Counted from the stretch's first letter, positions 51,553-62,315 are shown. The stretch: 64,000 nucleotides of DNA from Alphaproteobacteria bacterium (GCA_965225945.1 CBDDBZ010000032.1:96001-160000), one strand, 5' to 3'. Made by a program: numbers and translations. The notes: generated by a model from the letters alone, not told the origin.

Positions 51553-53157
51553 ATGGCGGAAGCACTGGCGAACGGCGAGGCGCTCGGACGCGTCGTTTCC
51601 CTGAACGGTTCCCGAGTGATCGGTATGTTGAAGGCGGCCCCAGCGGCCGCGGACGATGCGGCGAGTTTGCAGATCGGCTCGCTGATCAAGCTGCAGACCG
51701 GCGACGCCCATGTCTTCGGCATCATCAACGGGATGAGCGTACCGATCCCCTCGCAGGCGCCCGAGGAACAGATGAAGGTCGTCGAGCTGGAGTTGATCGG
51801 CGAGGTCGCCGAACCGACGAACGGCGAGGCGCCGGCCTTCAATCGTGGCGTCTCGCACACGCCCTCGCTGGACGATCTCTTCTATGCCGCCGATGCCTCG
51901 GACGCGCGGATGATCTATACCCGCGACGATGCCGGCGCGATCGAGATCGGCAACCTGCATCACGAGAGCGCGGTACCCGTCCACGTCTCGGTCGACGCGC
52001 TGCTCGGCCGCCACTTCGCCATTCTCGGCAGCACCGGGACCGGCAAGTCCTGCGCGGTCTCGATGGTGCTGCACGGCATCCTGGAGAAGCATCCCCACGC
52101 CCACGTCGTCTTGATGGACCCGCACGGCGAATATGCCCACGCCTTCCGCGATAAGGCGGAGTGCATCGAGCCGGGCGACCTGCAAATCCCTTACTGGCTG
52201 TTCAGCTTCGAGGAACTGGTGGAGATCATCTTCGGCGGCGAGAGCAAGGAGATGGTCACCGAGGTCGCGATCCTTCGCGAGTTCGTGCAGCAGGCCAAGA
52301 CCGCGTTCGCCGCCGATTCCGATTCGACCCTCACCATCACCGTCGACACGCCCGTGCCCTACAAGATGGGCGACCTCTCGCGATTCATCGAGGACACGCT
52401 CGGCCGCCTCGAGAATCGCAACGACCTGGTCCCCTATCAGCGGATCAAGAACCGCCTGGCGGCGCTGCAGACCGATCGGCGTTTCTCCTTCATGTTCCCG
52501 AGCTCCGTGCTGGTGCGCGACAACATGGCCGCCTTCCTGGGGCGGATCTTCCGTATTCCGGTCAACGGCAAGCCGATCTCGATCCTCAACCTTTCCGGCG
52601 TGCCGTCGGACGTGTTGAACGTCGTCGTCTCGGTGCTCTGCCGCATGACCTTCGATCTCGCCATGTGGAGCGATCAGGACACGCCAATCCTTCTGGTCTG
52701 CGAGGAAGCGCACCGCTACACCTCCAGCAGCATGGGCGAGGGCTTCGAGCCGACCCGCCGAGCGCTGGAGCGGATCGCCAAGGAAGGGCGCAAGTACGGC
52801 ATCTCCCTCGCCATCGTCAGCCAGCGCCCCTCCGAACTGGCGGAAAGTGTCCTCTCCCAGTGCAACACCATCTTCGCGCTCCGGATGACCAACCAGGACG
52901 ACCAGGACTTCGTGCGCGCCGCGATGTCGGACGCCAGCGGCGGTCTCCTGGACACGCTCCCCTCGCTCGCCAACGCGGAGGCGATCGTGGTCGGCGACGC
53001 GATCTCGGTGCCGATGCGTATGCGGATCAAGGACCTGCCGCCCGAACAGCGGCCGAAGAGCGCCACCGCCGATTTCGCGACGAGTTGGTCGGAGGAAGGC
53101 GACGGCGAAGCCAAGCTGCAGACGATCGTCCAGCGCTGGCGCCACCAACGCCGTTGA
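51553..53157 (+). CDS. HerA/DUF87-family P-loop ATPase
   Basis: N-terminal HAS-barrel-like region, HFAILGSTGTGKS, DPHGEY, EEAHRY, EGRKYG, SQRPS. Confidence 0.88.
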   Translation: MAEALANGEALGRVVSLNGSRVIGMLKAAPAAADDAASLQIGSLIKLQTGDAHVFGIINGMSVPIPSQAPEEQMKVVELELIGEVAEPTNGEAPAFNRGVSHTPSLDDLFYAADASDARMIYTRDDAGAIEIGNLHHESAVPVHVSVDALLGRHFAILGSTGTGKSCAVSMVLHGILEKHPHAHVVLMDPHGEYAHAFRDKAECIEPGDLQIPYWLFSFEELVEIIFGGESKEMVTEVAILREFVQQAKTAFAADSDSTLTITVDTPVPYKMGDLSRFIEDTLGRLENRNDLVPYQRIKNRLAALQTDRRFSFMFPSSVLVRDNMAAFLGRIFRIPVNGKPISILNLSGVPSDVLNVVVSVLCRMTFDLAMWSDQDTPILLVCEEAHRYTSSSMGEGFEPTRRALERIAKEGRKYGISLAIVSQRPSELAESVLSQCNTIFALRMTNQDDQDFVRAAMSDASGGLLDTLPSLANAEAIVVGDAISVPMRMRIKDLPPEQRPKSATADFATSWSEEGDGEAKLQTIVQRWRHQRR

Positions 53158-53209
53158 GGCATCGACCACGGTGTCGTTCGCGGCGGCGGGCCGAGACGAG
53201 AGTTCGGGC

Positions 53210-54820
53210 GTGTTGGATCTTCCGCGCGAGCGATGGACCATGCTTGACGCGCTCGCCACGCAGGCGGAGCGTTATGGCGAGCGGAACTTCTGCACTTTCG
53301 AGGACGGCCAGAACCTGAGCCTCGCCGGCCTGGCGCGCGAGAGCGACGCGCTGGCCTCCGCCCTCGCCGACCTCGGCGTCGGCCCGGGCGACCGGGTGAT
53401 GGCCTTCGCCTTCAATTCCCGGGCCTTTCTGGTCAGCCTCTTCGCGACGATGAAGCGCGCGGCGATCTTCGTGCCCGTCAACACCGAGCTGAAGGGGGCC
53501 TTCCTCGAGCATCAGCTCCGCAACACCGAGCCCCGGGTGCTCTTCGTCCACGACGCGCTCCGCGCCGTCTTCGACGGCGTGAAGGAGGACACGCTCGCCG
53601 GCATCGAGCACACGGTCCTGATCGACGGCACGGCAGCAGTGCTGGCGGGAAGCGTCGGCCATGATTTCGAGGACCTGGTGGCGACGCGTGCGCGAATCGA
53701 GGACGTGCATACGGCGCGGCCGCACGACATCTGCATGGTCATGTTCACCTCCGGCACCACCGGCCCCTCCAAGGGAGTGATGATGCCACATGCCCATTGC
53801 CGCCACTTCGGCTGGAGCGCCTGCCGCACCATGGCGATGGACGAAGACGACGTGATGTACATCTGCATGCCCTTCTTCCATGCGATGGGCCTGCTGTTGC
53901 AGCTCTTTTCCTGTCTGCTGTCCGGCGCCCGGGCGCACGTCGTCCGCCGTTTCTCGGCCACCCGCTGGCTCGACGACGTTCGCAACTGCGAAGCGACGCT
54001 CACCTACGGTCTCGGCGTGGTTCCGGAGTTCATCTTTCGCCAGCCCGAGACGGACAACGACGCCGACAACCGGCTCCGAATGATGCTCGCGGTGCCGATC
54101 GGCGATTCCTGGGGCCGGGCCTTCGAGGCGCGCTTCGGCCTCGCGCTGAAACAGGCTTACGGCATGACGGAGAGTAACATTCCCATCTATGGCGACATCG
54201 AGGAGCCGCTGATCGGCGGCTGCGCCGGGCGGGTGGAAACCGACTTTTTCGATCTCCGGGTGGTCGACGCCGAGACCGACCAGCCGCTCGAGGTGGGCGA
54301 GGTGGGCGAGATCGTAGTTCGCCCCAAGGAGCCGTCGTGCTTCATGGCCGGCTACTGGCGGATGCCGGAGCGCACCGTCGAGGCATGGCGGAACCTCTGG
54401 TTTCACACCGGCGACGCCGGCAGGTTTGATTCGGAAGGCCGGCTCCACTTCGTCGACCGGATCAAGGATTGCATCCGCCGCCGGGGGGAAAACATCTCCG
54501 CCTACGAGGTCGAGCAGGTGCTGAACGAACATCCCGACGTCGCCGAGAGTGCGGTGATCGGCGTCAGGGTGGCGGACGGCGGCGGCGAGGAGGAGGTGAT
54601 GGCCCATATCGTGCCGCGCGGACCGGACCCCGATCCGGTCTCCGTACTCGAATGGTGCGTCGCCCGCATGCCGCGCTACGCCGTGCCGCGCTTCATCGCC
54701 CTGGCCGGCGAACTCGACAAGACGCCGAGCGGCAAGCTCCGCAAGCAGGCGCTCCGCGATGCCGGACTCGGCGAACGAACCTGGGACCGTGAAGCGGCCG
54801 GCTACGAGGTACCGAGATAG
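53210..54820 (+). CDS. Acyl-CoA ligase (CaiC-like)
   Basis: FTSGTTGPSKG, YGMTE, FHTGD, DRIKD..RRRGENIS, TPSGK. Confidence 0.9.
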   Translation: MLDLPRERWTMLDALATQAERYGERNFCTFEDGQNLSLAGLARESDALASALADLGVGPGDRVMAFAFNSRAFLVSLFATMKRAAIFVPVNTELKGAFLEHQLRNTEPRVLFVHDALRAVFDGVKEDTLAGIEHTVLIDGTAAVLAGSVGHDFEDLVATRARIEDVHTARPHDICMVMFTSGTTGPSKGVMMPHAHCRHFGWSACRTMAMDEDDVMYICMPFFHAMGLLLQLFSCLLSGARAHVVRRFSATRWLDDVRNCEATLTYGLGVVPEFIFRQPETDNDADNRLRMMLAVPIGDSWGRAFEARFGLALKQAYGMTESNIPIYGDIEEPLIGGCAGRVETDFFDLRVVDAETDQPLEVGEVGEIVVRPKEPSCFMAGYWRMPERTVEAWRNLWFHTGDAGRFDSEGRLHFVDRIKDCIRRRGENISAYEVEQVLNEHPDVAESAVIGVRVADGGGEEEVMAHIVPRGPDPDPVSVLEWCVARMPRYAVPRFIALAGELDKTPSGKLRKQALRDAGLGERTWDREAAGYEVPR

Positions 54821-54884
54821 TTCCCTCTGTGAAAGTCCCTCGCTTCACTCAGGGTATTTTTCCTCATTTTCATGTCTTTGTCGG

Positions 54885-54925
54885 TTTGCGAGTTTCTGGG
54901 CTGGAGTTGCCCAGAAACTCGCAAA
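54885..54925. terminator. Perfect 17-bp hairpin between convergent genes
   Basis: TTTGCGAGTTTCTGGGC-TGGAGTT-GCCCAGAAACTCGCAAA. Confidence 0.55.
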
Positions 54926-54961
54926 TTCGCCCGCGGAGCCGCCACGAGGGCGGACCTACCC

Positions 54962-55537
54962 TCAGTTCAGCGGCAGGTCGATCGTCGGTAAGCGCTTGTT
55001 GAGGCGCGCCAGGACCTCGGGCGAGATGTCGAAGCGGTCGTCGAAGACCAGAATGGCGCTCCGGGGCAACGTCATCTCGATGCCGCGTTCCTTCATCACC
55101 TCGGCGACCGCATAGCCGAGTTCGCGTCTGAGGTTCGCCATGGCGGTATTGAACGCCTTGTTGAGAACCCTGCGCCGTTCCTCGGTCTGCTTGACCACCG
55201 CCTGGAAGCGCTGTTCCAATTGCTTCTTGCGCTGGTTGAAAGCCTCCGTCGCCAGCACCGCCCGCTGCTTGCGGAGCTTGTCCTGCCGGGTCTTGAGATC
55301 CTTTTTTTGCTGCTCGAGCTCGCGCTCGTAGATCGCGCGGCGGGCGTCGATCGTCTTTTTCGCCTTCTTGCTCGCCTCGGCGCTGCTCAACACCTTCTTT
55401 ACGTCGACGACGGCCAGCACCGGCGGCTTGCCGACCTTGGCGGCGGGATCGGCCTTGGTCTGGGCAAGGACGTCGCTGGCGGCGCCCAGAACGAGCAAAA
55501 CCAGCGCGATCAGCGCGATCGGGGTGCTTCTAACCAT
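54962..55537 (-). CDS. OmpH/Skp periplasmic chaperone
   Basis: Signal peptide, AVVDV..VL, basic coiled coil, DIS.EVL.RLN. Confidence 0.82.
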   Translation of the reverse strand: MVRSTPIALIALVLLVLGAASDVLAQTKADPAAKVGKPPVLAVVDVKKVLSSAEASKKAKKTIDARRAIYERELEQQKKDLKTRQDKLRKQRAVLATEAFNQRKKQLEQRFQAVVKQTEERRRVLNKAFNTAMANLRRELGYAVAEVMKERGIEMTLPRSAILVFDDRFDISPEVLARLNKRLPTIDLPLN

Positions 55538-55634
55538 CGGCCTCGCTTTCGCCGCGTCATCGGTGGGTCGATTCGAGGCCAAACTACCAGACCCCGACGA
55601 GGGCGCCAAACGATCCTCTCGCCCGCCCGTCGCC

Positions 55635-56783
55635 TCAGGCCGCCCGCACGGCGGCGGCCAAGAGCCGGGCACGCGGCACCAACACGCGGCCTTCCATCAG
55701 GCGGCGCGCAGTCCGGGAAACGGTGACGGATCTGGCCTCGGCCGGCGGACCGACCGCGACCACCGCGCCGAGCGTCGATATGCCCGATGGTTGGGCGATC
55801 CGGACGCACTCGGTACGAGCGGTCGCCAGCTCGGCGACCAGCGTTCCGGGTAGGCGCGCCGCCACCGCGAGGCACATCGCACCGGTGAGCGGCAACGCGC
55901 GATGCGGCCGCCCCATGGAGATCATTCGCGCGGTCAGGTCCATGGCATCGGCCTCGAGCCGCTCGCCCGCCAGAGTCTCGGCTTCGGCGGGCGGCGCCAC
56001 GATGGCGATCTTCGGCACGCTGGCGGCGTCCGCCGGCAAGCCCATGGCGCGCCCGGCGGCACGGCGGATCGCCTCCAGCCGTGCCAGCGCGCGCCCGTCG
56101 GCCTCGATCGCCTCCGCCGACTCGGTGCCGTCGAGGCCGACGTCCGCCGCCCGGGCGAAGCAGCCCGCGGTGGTGGCGTCGACCATCGAGACCTCGATCG
56201 AACCGACGCCCTCGACCTCGAGCCAATCGAGCGGATTGCCGCTCGGCAGCAGGCGCCCCGTCGCGGCACCGCCCGGATCCAGGAACGAGAGGCGAATCTC
56301 GGCGCCGGTGCCGGCGACGCCGGGCAGCGCATGCTCGCCGCTCACCGCCGCCCGGCCGTCCACCACGGCGAAACGTGATTCGATGATCTTGTCCGAATTG
56401 GTGTTGTAGAGACGCAGCACCGCCTCGCCGTCCGGAACCTCGACCAGCCCCTCGTCGACGGCGAAGGGACCGATGGCGGAGGTAAGGTTGCCGCAGTTGC
56501 TCGCCCGCTCGACCACCGGCTGGCCGACCGACACTTGCGAGAAGGTGTAGTCGATGTCGGCGTCGTCACGGCTCGACGGCGCCACCACCATCACCTTCGA
56601 GAGCGAGGAGATGCCACCGCCCAGCCCATCGAGCTGGCGCCCGTTCGGGTCGGGGCTGCCGATTGCGGCGAGAAAGATCGCGTCGCGCGCCGCCGGGTCC
56701 GCCGGCAGGTCGCGCTCGTGGAAGAACAACCCTTTCGAGGTGCCGCCCCGCATGAAGATCGCCGCCAAGCTCGTCTGGTCCAT
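55635..56783 (-). CDS. prpF: PrpF/AcnD-accessory isomerase family
   Basis: MRGGTSKG, QLDGLGGG.SS.SK, NCGN, RTARRLMEG. Confidence 0.88.
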   Translation of the reverse strand: MDQTSLAAIFMRGGTSKGLFFHERDLPADPAARDAIFLAAIGSPDPNGRQLDGLGGGISSLSKVMVVAPSSRDDADIDYTFSQVSVGQPVVERASNCGNLTSAIGPFAVDEGLVEVPDGEAVLRLYNTNSDKIIESRFAVVDGRAAVSGEHALPGVAGTGAEIRLSFLDPGGAATGRLLPSGNPLDWLEVEGVGSIEVSMVDATTAGCFARAADVGLDGTESAEAIEADGRALARLEAIRRAAGRAMGLPADAASVPKIAIVAPPAEAETLAGERLEADAMDLTARMISMGRPHRALPLTGAMCLAVAARLPGTLVAELATARTECVRIAQPSGISTLGAVVAVGPPAEARSVTVSRTARRLMEGRVLVPRARLLAAAVRAA

Positions 56784-56807
56784 GGTCTCGCCTCCCGTTC
56801 GGCCTGC

Positions 56808-57719
56808 TCAGTCGGCGTCCGGCGTCACCATGGGCGTGCCGATCGCGGCGTCGAACTTCTGATATTCGCCATAGCGGATCAGCTCGTAGAGCCGCTGGCG
56901 CGGCTGCATCGAGTTCAGCAGATGGGCCTGCGAACCGCGCTCCAAAATGCCGCGCAAGCCTGTTTCCACCGCACCCATGGCGAGGCGCTGCGCCGTCACC
57001 GGATAGAGCACCAGGTCGATGCCGCAGCGCTCCAGCACCGAGGCATCGAGCAGCTCGGACTTGCCGAACTCGGTCATGTTGGCGAGCAGCATCGGACCCG
57101 GCACCTCGGCGCGGTAGTGGGCGAACTCCGCTTCGTCGGCCAGGGCCTCGGGAAAGATCATCTCGGCGCCCGCCGCGTGAAAGGCGCGGCCGCGCTCGAT
57201 CGCCGCCGCCATGCCGTCGACGGCACGGGCATCGGTGCGGGCGATGATCAAGAAGTTCGGGTCCCGGCGGGCGGCGACGGCGGCGTGAATTTTGCTCGCC
57301 ATCTCCTCGATCGCGACGATCCCCTTGTCGTCCAGATGGCCGCAACGCTTCGGATTGACTTGGTCCTCGACATGGCAGCCGGCGAGCCCGCGCGCCTCGA
57401 GCTCGCGGATCGTGCGGGCGACGTTGATCGCCTCGCCGAAGCCGGTGTCGATATCGATGATGGTGGGGAGCGCCGTCACCCGGGCGATGGCGCCACCGCG
57501 CTCCACCGCCTCGGTCTGGGTGATCAGGCCGACGTCGGGCATGCCCAACTCGGTCGAGAGCGTGGAGGAGCCGACATAGACGCCGTCGAAGCCGGCATCC
57601 TCGACGGCCATGGCGACCAAGGGCGAATAGGCCCCGGCGACGCGCAGGATCCGGCGCTCGGCGAGCGCCGCGCGGAGGCGAGCGCGTTTGGCGGCGGGAT
57701 CAATCTCACTCAGCAACAT
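56808..57719 (-). CDS. prpB: Methylisocitrate lyase
   Basis: DIDTGFG, EDQVNPKRCGH, IIARTDA, LANMTEFGKS. Confidence 0.9.
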   Translation of the reverse strand: MLLSEIDPAAKRARLRAALAERRILRVAGAYSPLVAMAVEDAGFDGVYVGSSTLSTELGMPDVGLITQTEAVERGGAIARVTALPTIIDIDTGFGEAINVARTIRELEARGLAGCHVEDQVNPKRCGHLDDKGIVAIEEMASKIHAAVAARRDPNFLIIARTDARAVDGMAAAIERGRAFHAAGAEMIFPEALADEAEFAHYRAEVPGPMLLANMTEFGKSELLDASVLERCGIDLVLYPVTAQRLAMGAVETGLRGILERGSQAHLLNSMQPRQRLYELIRYGEYQKFDAAIGTPMVTPDAD

Positions 57720-58294
57720 CGGACCGCGGCTCCGGGTTCGCATCGGGACCGGTATAGAGATCGGGAAAGCGCCGGCGCACCATGAAGCCATCCGCCCGGT
57801 AGGCATGGCAAGAGCCGACCGCCTTGCGGTTGGGATCCTCGCCGCCGGTCGCGCGCGAACGGATCTCCTCCTCGCTCCACAACACCTGCAGCGCCGTGGT
57901 CGCCATTTGCGCCAGCATTTCCTTCATGTGGGTGCAGCCCTCGGCGCCGCCCAGCCGTTCGGCCACCGCGCGGTTCCAGCCGCGGCCGATCCGCAGGCCG
58001 ATCAGCCGGCGATAGCGTGGCGTCACCAGATGGCAGATCTGGTAGGCGCCCGTCGGCATCGCGCCCTCGATATCGCGGACGATGCGATCGTCGTCGATGG
58101 TGAGCCTCAGTAGAATATCGTGGATCGGCTCGCCGGCGGCCCGGTCGCGCTCCGGCATGGGACAGGCGGTCGGTCGGCTGTCGACCAGTTGCGCCTCGAT
58201 GTCCCAAAGGCCGTCGTCACGCTTGTAGCCGTTGATCTCGATCCGTCGGGCGCGCGAGCTCGCGCGCCCGAGGCGTACTGAGCGAGAGGGCCAA
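57706..58294 (-). pseudogene. DUF2889 family protein with an N-terminal frameshift
   Basis: AGGAGG RBS + TTG 58294; RRIEINGYKRDDGLWDIEA, PIHD, GCTH, SCHAY; start and body differ by one base at 58246-58271. Confidence 0.7.
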
Positions 58295-58441
58295 GTCCGT
58301 CCTCCTTGCCGAAAGGTGTTGAGGCCGGAACCTAGTGGTCCAAATCCTCGGCGTCCAGCAAAGAGGAGGGGGGCGGCGCGCGGTCCCGATAATGTGGGTT
58401 CGCGCGCCGCCCGGAATGGGAGGTGGATCGGAACGTTCCGC

Positions 58442-60097
58442 TCAGTTGGCCTGGCGGCGCAGGAAAGAGGGGATCTCCAGGAGATCGTCCTCGTTCCGGG
58501 GCGCCAAGCCGTCCAGGCGTTCCTGCGGCTCGGGCACCGCGGTCTCCTCTGGGATCTCCGCCGGCGTTGTCGCTTCCGTCATCGTCGGTTCGGCCCGCTG
58601 GCCGAAGACGGCACGACGCTCGGCCGGCTCCTCGGCGAGCTTGGCCCGGCCGCCGCCTGTCATGCGGTGGAACAGGCTCATGCCCCGAGAGGCCAGGCGC
58701 GGCTCCGAAGCGTCCGTCGGCTCCGGCGTCGTCTCGGGCTCGGGCGTCGGGTTCGGACGGGCCGAGGACGCGCGCCGGAGGCTCGGCGTCACCGGGCGCG
58801 GCGCAATGAAGGGCGTGTCCTCGACCGGCGCCTCCTCCACCACCTGGCGCGGCATCGCCTCGGGCTCGGGCGCGAGCGGCTTGGGCTGTGGCACCGCCTG
58901 GGCTACCACCCCGCCGGCCGTGGCGAAGAGCGGCGCCTGCGGCTCCTCGGCGACCGCGGGTTCGGCCATCGCTGCGGGCGCCGGCGGGCTCGCGATCGGG
59001 GCGGGCTCGACTGCCGCTTCGGCGGTCGCCGGGGCCGACTGGGCTTCGCCCGGCGCGCCGGGCGCGTCGGCGCCGCGATCGGCGACGGCATAGAGCCTGG
59101 GTTGCGCCGTCGGCGCCCGCTCGACGGCGTGCTCGGCGTCGATGCCGGTGGCCACCACGCTCACCCGCATCCGCCCGTTCAGGCTGTCGTCAAGGGCGGA
59201 GCCGACGATGATGTTGGCGTCGGAATCCACTTCCTGGCGGATCTGGTTTGCCGCCTCGTCGACCTCGTAGAGGGTGAGATCGAGCCCGCCGGTGATGTTG
59301 ATCAGCAGACCGCGGGCGCCGCTCATCGAGACCTCGACCAGAAGCGGGTTGGAGATCGCGGCGGCCGCGGCCTCGATCGCCCGGCTCTCGCCCTCGGCCT
59401 CGCCGGTGCCCATCATCGCCTTGCCCATCTCGCTCATCACCGTCTTGACATCGGCGAAGTCGAGATTGATCAGGCCGGGCATCACCATCAGGTCGGTGAT
59501 GCCACGGACGCCGGAGTTCAGCACCTGATCGGCCATCGAGAAGGCATCGGCGAAGGTGGTCTTCTCGTTGGCGACCCGGAACAGGTTCTGGTTCGGGATC
59601 ACGATCAGGGTATCGACAAAGCTCTGCAACTCCTCGATCCCCGACTCGGCCAGCTTCATCCGGCGCGTGCCCTCGAAGTGGAACGGCTTGGTGACCACGC
59701 CCACCGTCAGAATGCCGGCATCGCGGCAGGCCTGGGCGATCACCGGGGCGCCGCCGGTGCCCGTGCCGCCGCCCATGCCAGCGGTGATGAAGACCATGTG
59801 CGCGGACTGCAGATGATCCATGATCTGTTCGATCGCCTCCTCGGTCGCGGCGCGACCGACCTGCGGCTGGGCACCGCAGCCCAGGCCTTGGGTAATCGTC
59901 GCGCCGAGTTGGATCAGCCGCTTCGAGACGCTCGACGACAGCGCCTGCGCGTCCGTGTTGGCGACCACGAATTCGACTCCTTCAAGACCCGTCTGGATCA
60001 TGTTGTTGACGGCGTTGCCGCCCGCGCCGCCGATGCCGATCACGACGATCTTCGGCTGTAGCTCGGTCACCATCGGTGCCGAAAGATTGAGTGTCAT
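58442..60097 (-). CDS. ftsZ: Cell division protein FtsZ (long linker)
   Basis: [33 protein letters not shown]. Confidence 0.98.
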   Translation of the reverse strand: MTLNLSAPMVTELQPKIVVIGIGGAGGNAVNNMIQTGLEGVEFVVANTDAQALSSSVSKRLIQLGATITQGLGCGAQPQVGRAATEEAIEQIMDHLQSAHMVFITAGMGGGTGTGGAPVIAQACRDAGILTVGVVTKPFHFEGTRRMKLAESGIEELQSFVDTLIVIPNQNLFRVANEKTTFADAFSMADQVLNSGVRGITDLMVMPGLINLDFADVKTVMSEMGKAMMGTGEAEGESRAIEAAAAAISNPLLVEVSMSGARGLLINITGGLDLTLYEVDEAANQIRQEVDSDANIIVGSALDDSLNGRMRVSVVATGIDAEHAVERAPTAQPRLYAVADRGADAPGAPGEAQSAPATAEAAVEPAPIASPPAPAAMAEPAVAEEPQAPLFATAGGVVAQAVPQPKPLAPEPEAMPRQVVEEAPVEDTPFIAPRPVTPSLRRASSARPNPTPEPETTPEPTDASEPRLASRGMSLFHRMTGGGRAKLAEEPAERRAVFGQRAEPTMTEATTPAEIPEETAVPEPQERLDGLAPRNEDDLLEIPSFLRRQAN

Positions 60098-60184
60098 ATC
60101 CACCTCCTCGATGTTGTCTCGTGTCGTTCCGCTAACCACTCGTCGATGTACGCGTTCCGCCCCTATCTCGCCTTCGGACGGCCG

Positions 60185-61423
60185 TCAGAAATACTCCTTG
60201 AACCAGCGTCCGATCCGCCTCAGCCCGCCATGGGCGGCGTTCGCCTCCGCCGCGATCTTGGCTTCCTCGGGCCGTTGAATGACGTGCGCCAGCAGTCCGG
60301 CGCAGGTGGCGAAGGCCGGGCCTTCCGTCGCCTCGGCCAATCCGTGTAGGCGCAGGGGCCGCCCGACCCTCACCTGCTTGTCCAAAATGCGCGCCGCGAG
60401 CTCGCGCACGCCGGTGAGCTGGCAGGCCCCGCCGGTCAGCACGAGGCGGCGGCCGGCGACACCCGTCATGCCGCTCGCCACCAACCGGTCGCGAACCAGC
60501 TCCAGCGTCTCCTCGACACGCGGCTGGATGATGCCGATCAGGATCGAGCGCGGCACCTGCTGGATCGCGTCGGCCCCCGCCTCGCCCACCTGGGGCACGC
60601 TCACCATCTCGCGCTCGTCCGCCGGGCTCGGGATGGCGCTGCCGTAGAGCGTCTTCATCCGCTCGGCGTGTTGCGCGGTGGTCGAGAGCCCACGCGCGAC
60701 ATCGCTGGTGACGTGCCGGCCGCCCACGGGCACGACGTCGGCGAAGACCAGCGCGCCCTCGTGGAAGACGGCGACGTTGGTGGTGCCGCCGCCCATGTCG
60801 ACGACGGTGACGCCCAGATCCATCTCGTCCTCGACCAGGCAGGCGAGGCCGGAGGCGTAACCGGAGGCGACGAAGCCGTCGACCTGCAGGTGGCAGCGCT
60901 CGATCGCCGTTTTCAGATTCCTGAGCGGGCCGTTCGCCGCCGCCAGCACGTGGAGGGTGACGCTCAACCGCTCGCCGTACATGCCTCTCGGATCGCGGAT
61001 CCCCCGGTTGCCGTCGATCGCGTGGCCGACCGGCAGCGCATGCAGTAGCCGCGCATCCCCGACGTCGATGCGCGCGCGCGCCTGGTTCATCACGCGGCGA
61101 AGATCGCCCTCGCCGACCTGGTGGCCGGAGATCGCGACTTCGGTGGAGATCGCGCGCGAGACCATTCGCCCGCAGGTGATGTTGGCGACGACGCCGCGCG
61201 CCGGCTCGCCCGCCATCCGCTCGGCCGCGTCGACGGCGCTCCGGATCGAGGCCTCGACCGCTTCCAGATCGGCGACGGCGCCGGAACGGAGGCCCAAACT
61301 CAACTGATGGCCGATACCCACCACGCGCGCCCCCCCGCCGCCATCGGGCCGCGCGATGAAGCAGCAGACCTTGGAGCAGCCGACGTCGAGCGCGGCGACC
61401 AGACCGTTCCGCGCGCCCGCCAC
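60185..61423 (-). CDS. ftsA: Cell division protein FtsA
   Basis: LDVGCSKV, DMGGGTT, LTGG, amphipathic RIGRWFKEYF. Confidence 0.97.
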   Translation of the reverse strand: MAGARNGLVAALDVGCSKVCCFIARPDGGGGARVVGIGHQLSLGLRSGAVADLEAVEASIRSAVDAAERMAGEPARGVVANITCGRMVSRAISTEVAISGHQVGEGDLRRVMNQARARIDVGDARLLHALPVGHAIDGNRGIRDPRGMYGERLSVTLHVLAAANGPLRNLKTAIERCHLQVDGFVASGYASGLACLVEDEMDLGVTVVDMGGGTTNVAVFHEGALVFADVVPVGGRHVTSDVARGLSTTAQHAERMKTLYGSAIPSPADEREMVSVPQVGEAGADAIQQVPRSILIGIIQPRVEETLELVRDRLVASGMTGVAGRRLVLTGGACQLTGVRELAARILDKQVRVGRPLRLHGLAEATEGPAFATCAGLLAHVIQRPEEAKIAAEANAAHGGLRRIGRWFKEYF

Positions 61424-61478
61424 TATTCCGACTCCCCTCGCCGCATCGCCACCGTTTCCCCCCGGCCGCTCATGACCG

Positions 61479-62315
61479 TCACGTGTCCTTGCCCGGCCGC
61501 CGCCGCTCTTCCGCCGCCTTGGGCGAAAGACGGACGTAGAGGCGGTCCGGCAATCTCAGATCGATCACCCGAATGTCGCGGTCGAGCACGCCGTGCTCCC
61601 GCGCGAGACGCGCGAGGCGGGTCCAGCTCGCCGCCGGATCGTCCGCCGGCAGGCGCGCCTCCACGCCGTTCTTGAACCTGACCGACCAGCGCCGGCCGCC
61701 GATCCGCATCACCGCCTCGACCCGCGCGTCGAGGTCCGGCTCCAGCGCCAGGAGGCCGATGATCTCCGCCGCCCGGCTCGCCGCGCCCTCGCCGACGACG
61801 AGGGGCAGATGGCGAAAGCGGGAGAGCCGCTGGTCCGTGATCACGCCGCCATGGCGGTCGATCAGCACCAAGCGCCGATTCATCTGCCAGAGCGCGAGCG
61901 GCTGGCGCTCGACCAAGTGCACCACGATGGTGTCCGGCAGGCGGCGGGAGACCCGCGCCTCCCGGACCCAGCCGAGGTCGAGCAGCCGGCCGCGCGCCGC
62001 CTCGGGATCGAAGGCCAGGATCGAATCGCCCCGCGCCACATCGAGGGCTTCCAGGATCTCGCTCCGCTCCGCTTGCTCGCGGCCGACCGCATAGACGTCC
62101 CTGACGGTGAGGCCGGCAACGCGGACCACCTCGTCGCGCATGGCCGCGACCCGCCGCTCCCCCTCATCGATCCATCCGACACGCCAGATCCAGTCAGCCC
62201 CGCCGATCAATCCGGCAAGCACGACGATCCCGCCCAGGACGGCGGCGTGCCGACGGCGCCGCCGGCTGACGAGCAACGGGCGCGCGGCGCCGCGTTTGAG
62301 CTTCAGCGCGGGCAT
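61479..62315 (-). CDS. ftsQ: Cell division protein FtsQ
   Basis: TM helix, POTRA (VSRRLPD..ER), IDLRLPDR; synteny. Confidence 0.93.
   Translation of the reverse strand: MPALKLKRGAARPLLVSRRRRRHAAVLGGIVVLAGLIGGADWIWRVGWIDEGERRVAAMRDEVVRVAGLTVRDVYAVGREQAERSEILEALDVARGDSILAFDPEAARGRLLDLGWVREARVSRRLPDTIVVHLVERQPLALWQMNRRLVLIDRHGGVITDQRLSRFRHLPLVVGEGAASRAAEIIGLLALEPDLDARVEAVMRIGGRRWSVRFKNGVEARLPADDPAASWTRLARLAREHGVLDRDIRVIDLRLPDRLYVRLSPKAAEERRRPGKDT

Noticed and set aside
51553-53157. HerA-like ATPase as part of a Sir2-HerA or NurA-HerA defence/repair system
   Set aside because: No nuclease or Sir2 partner is adjacent; GC and context are host-like, so it is treated as a stand-alone DUF87 ATPase
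58442-59150. Pro/Ala/Glu-rich low-complexity region in FtsZ as a novel domain
   Set aside because: A long disordered linker is normal for alphaproteobacterial FtsZ
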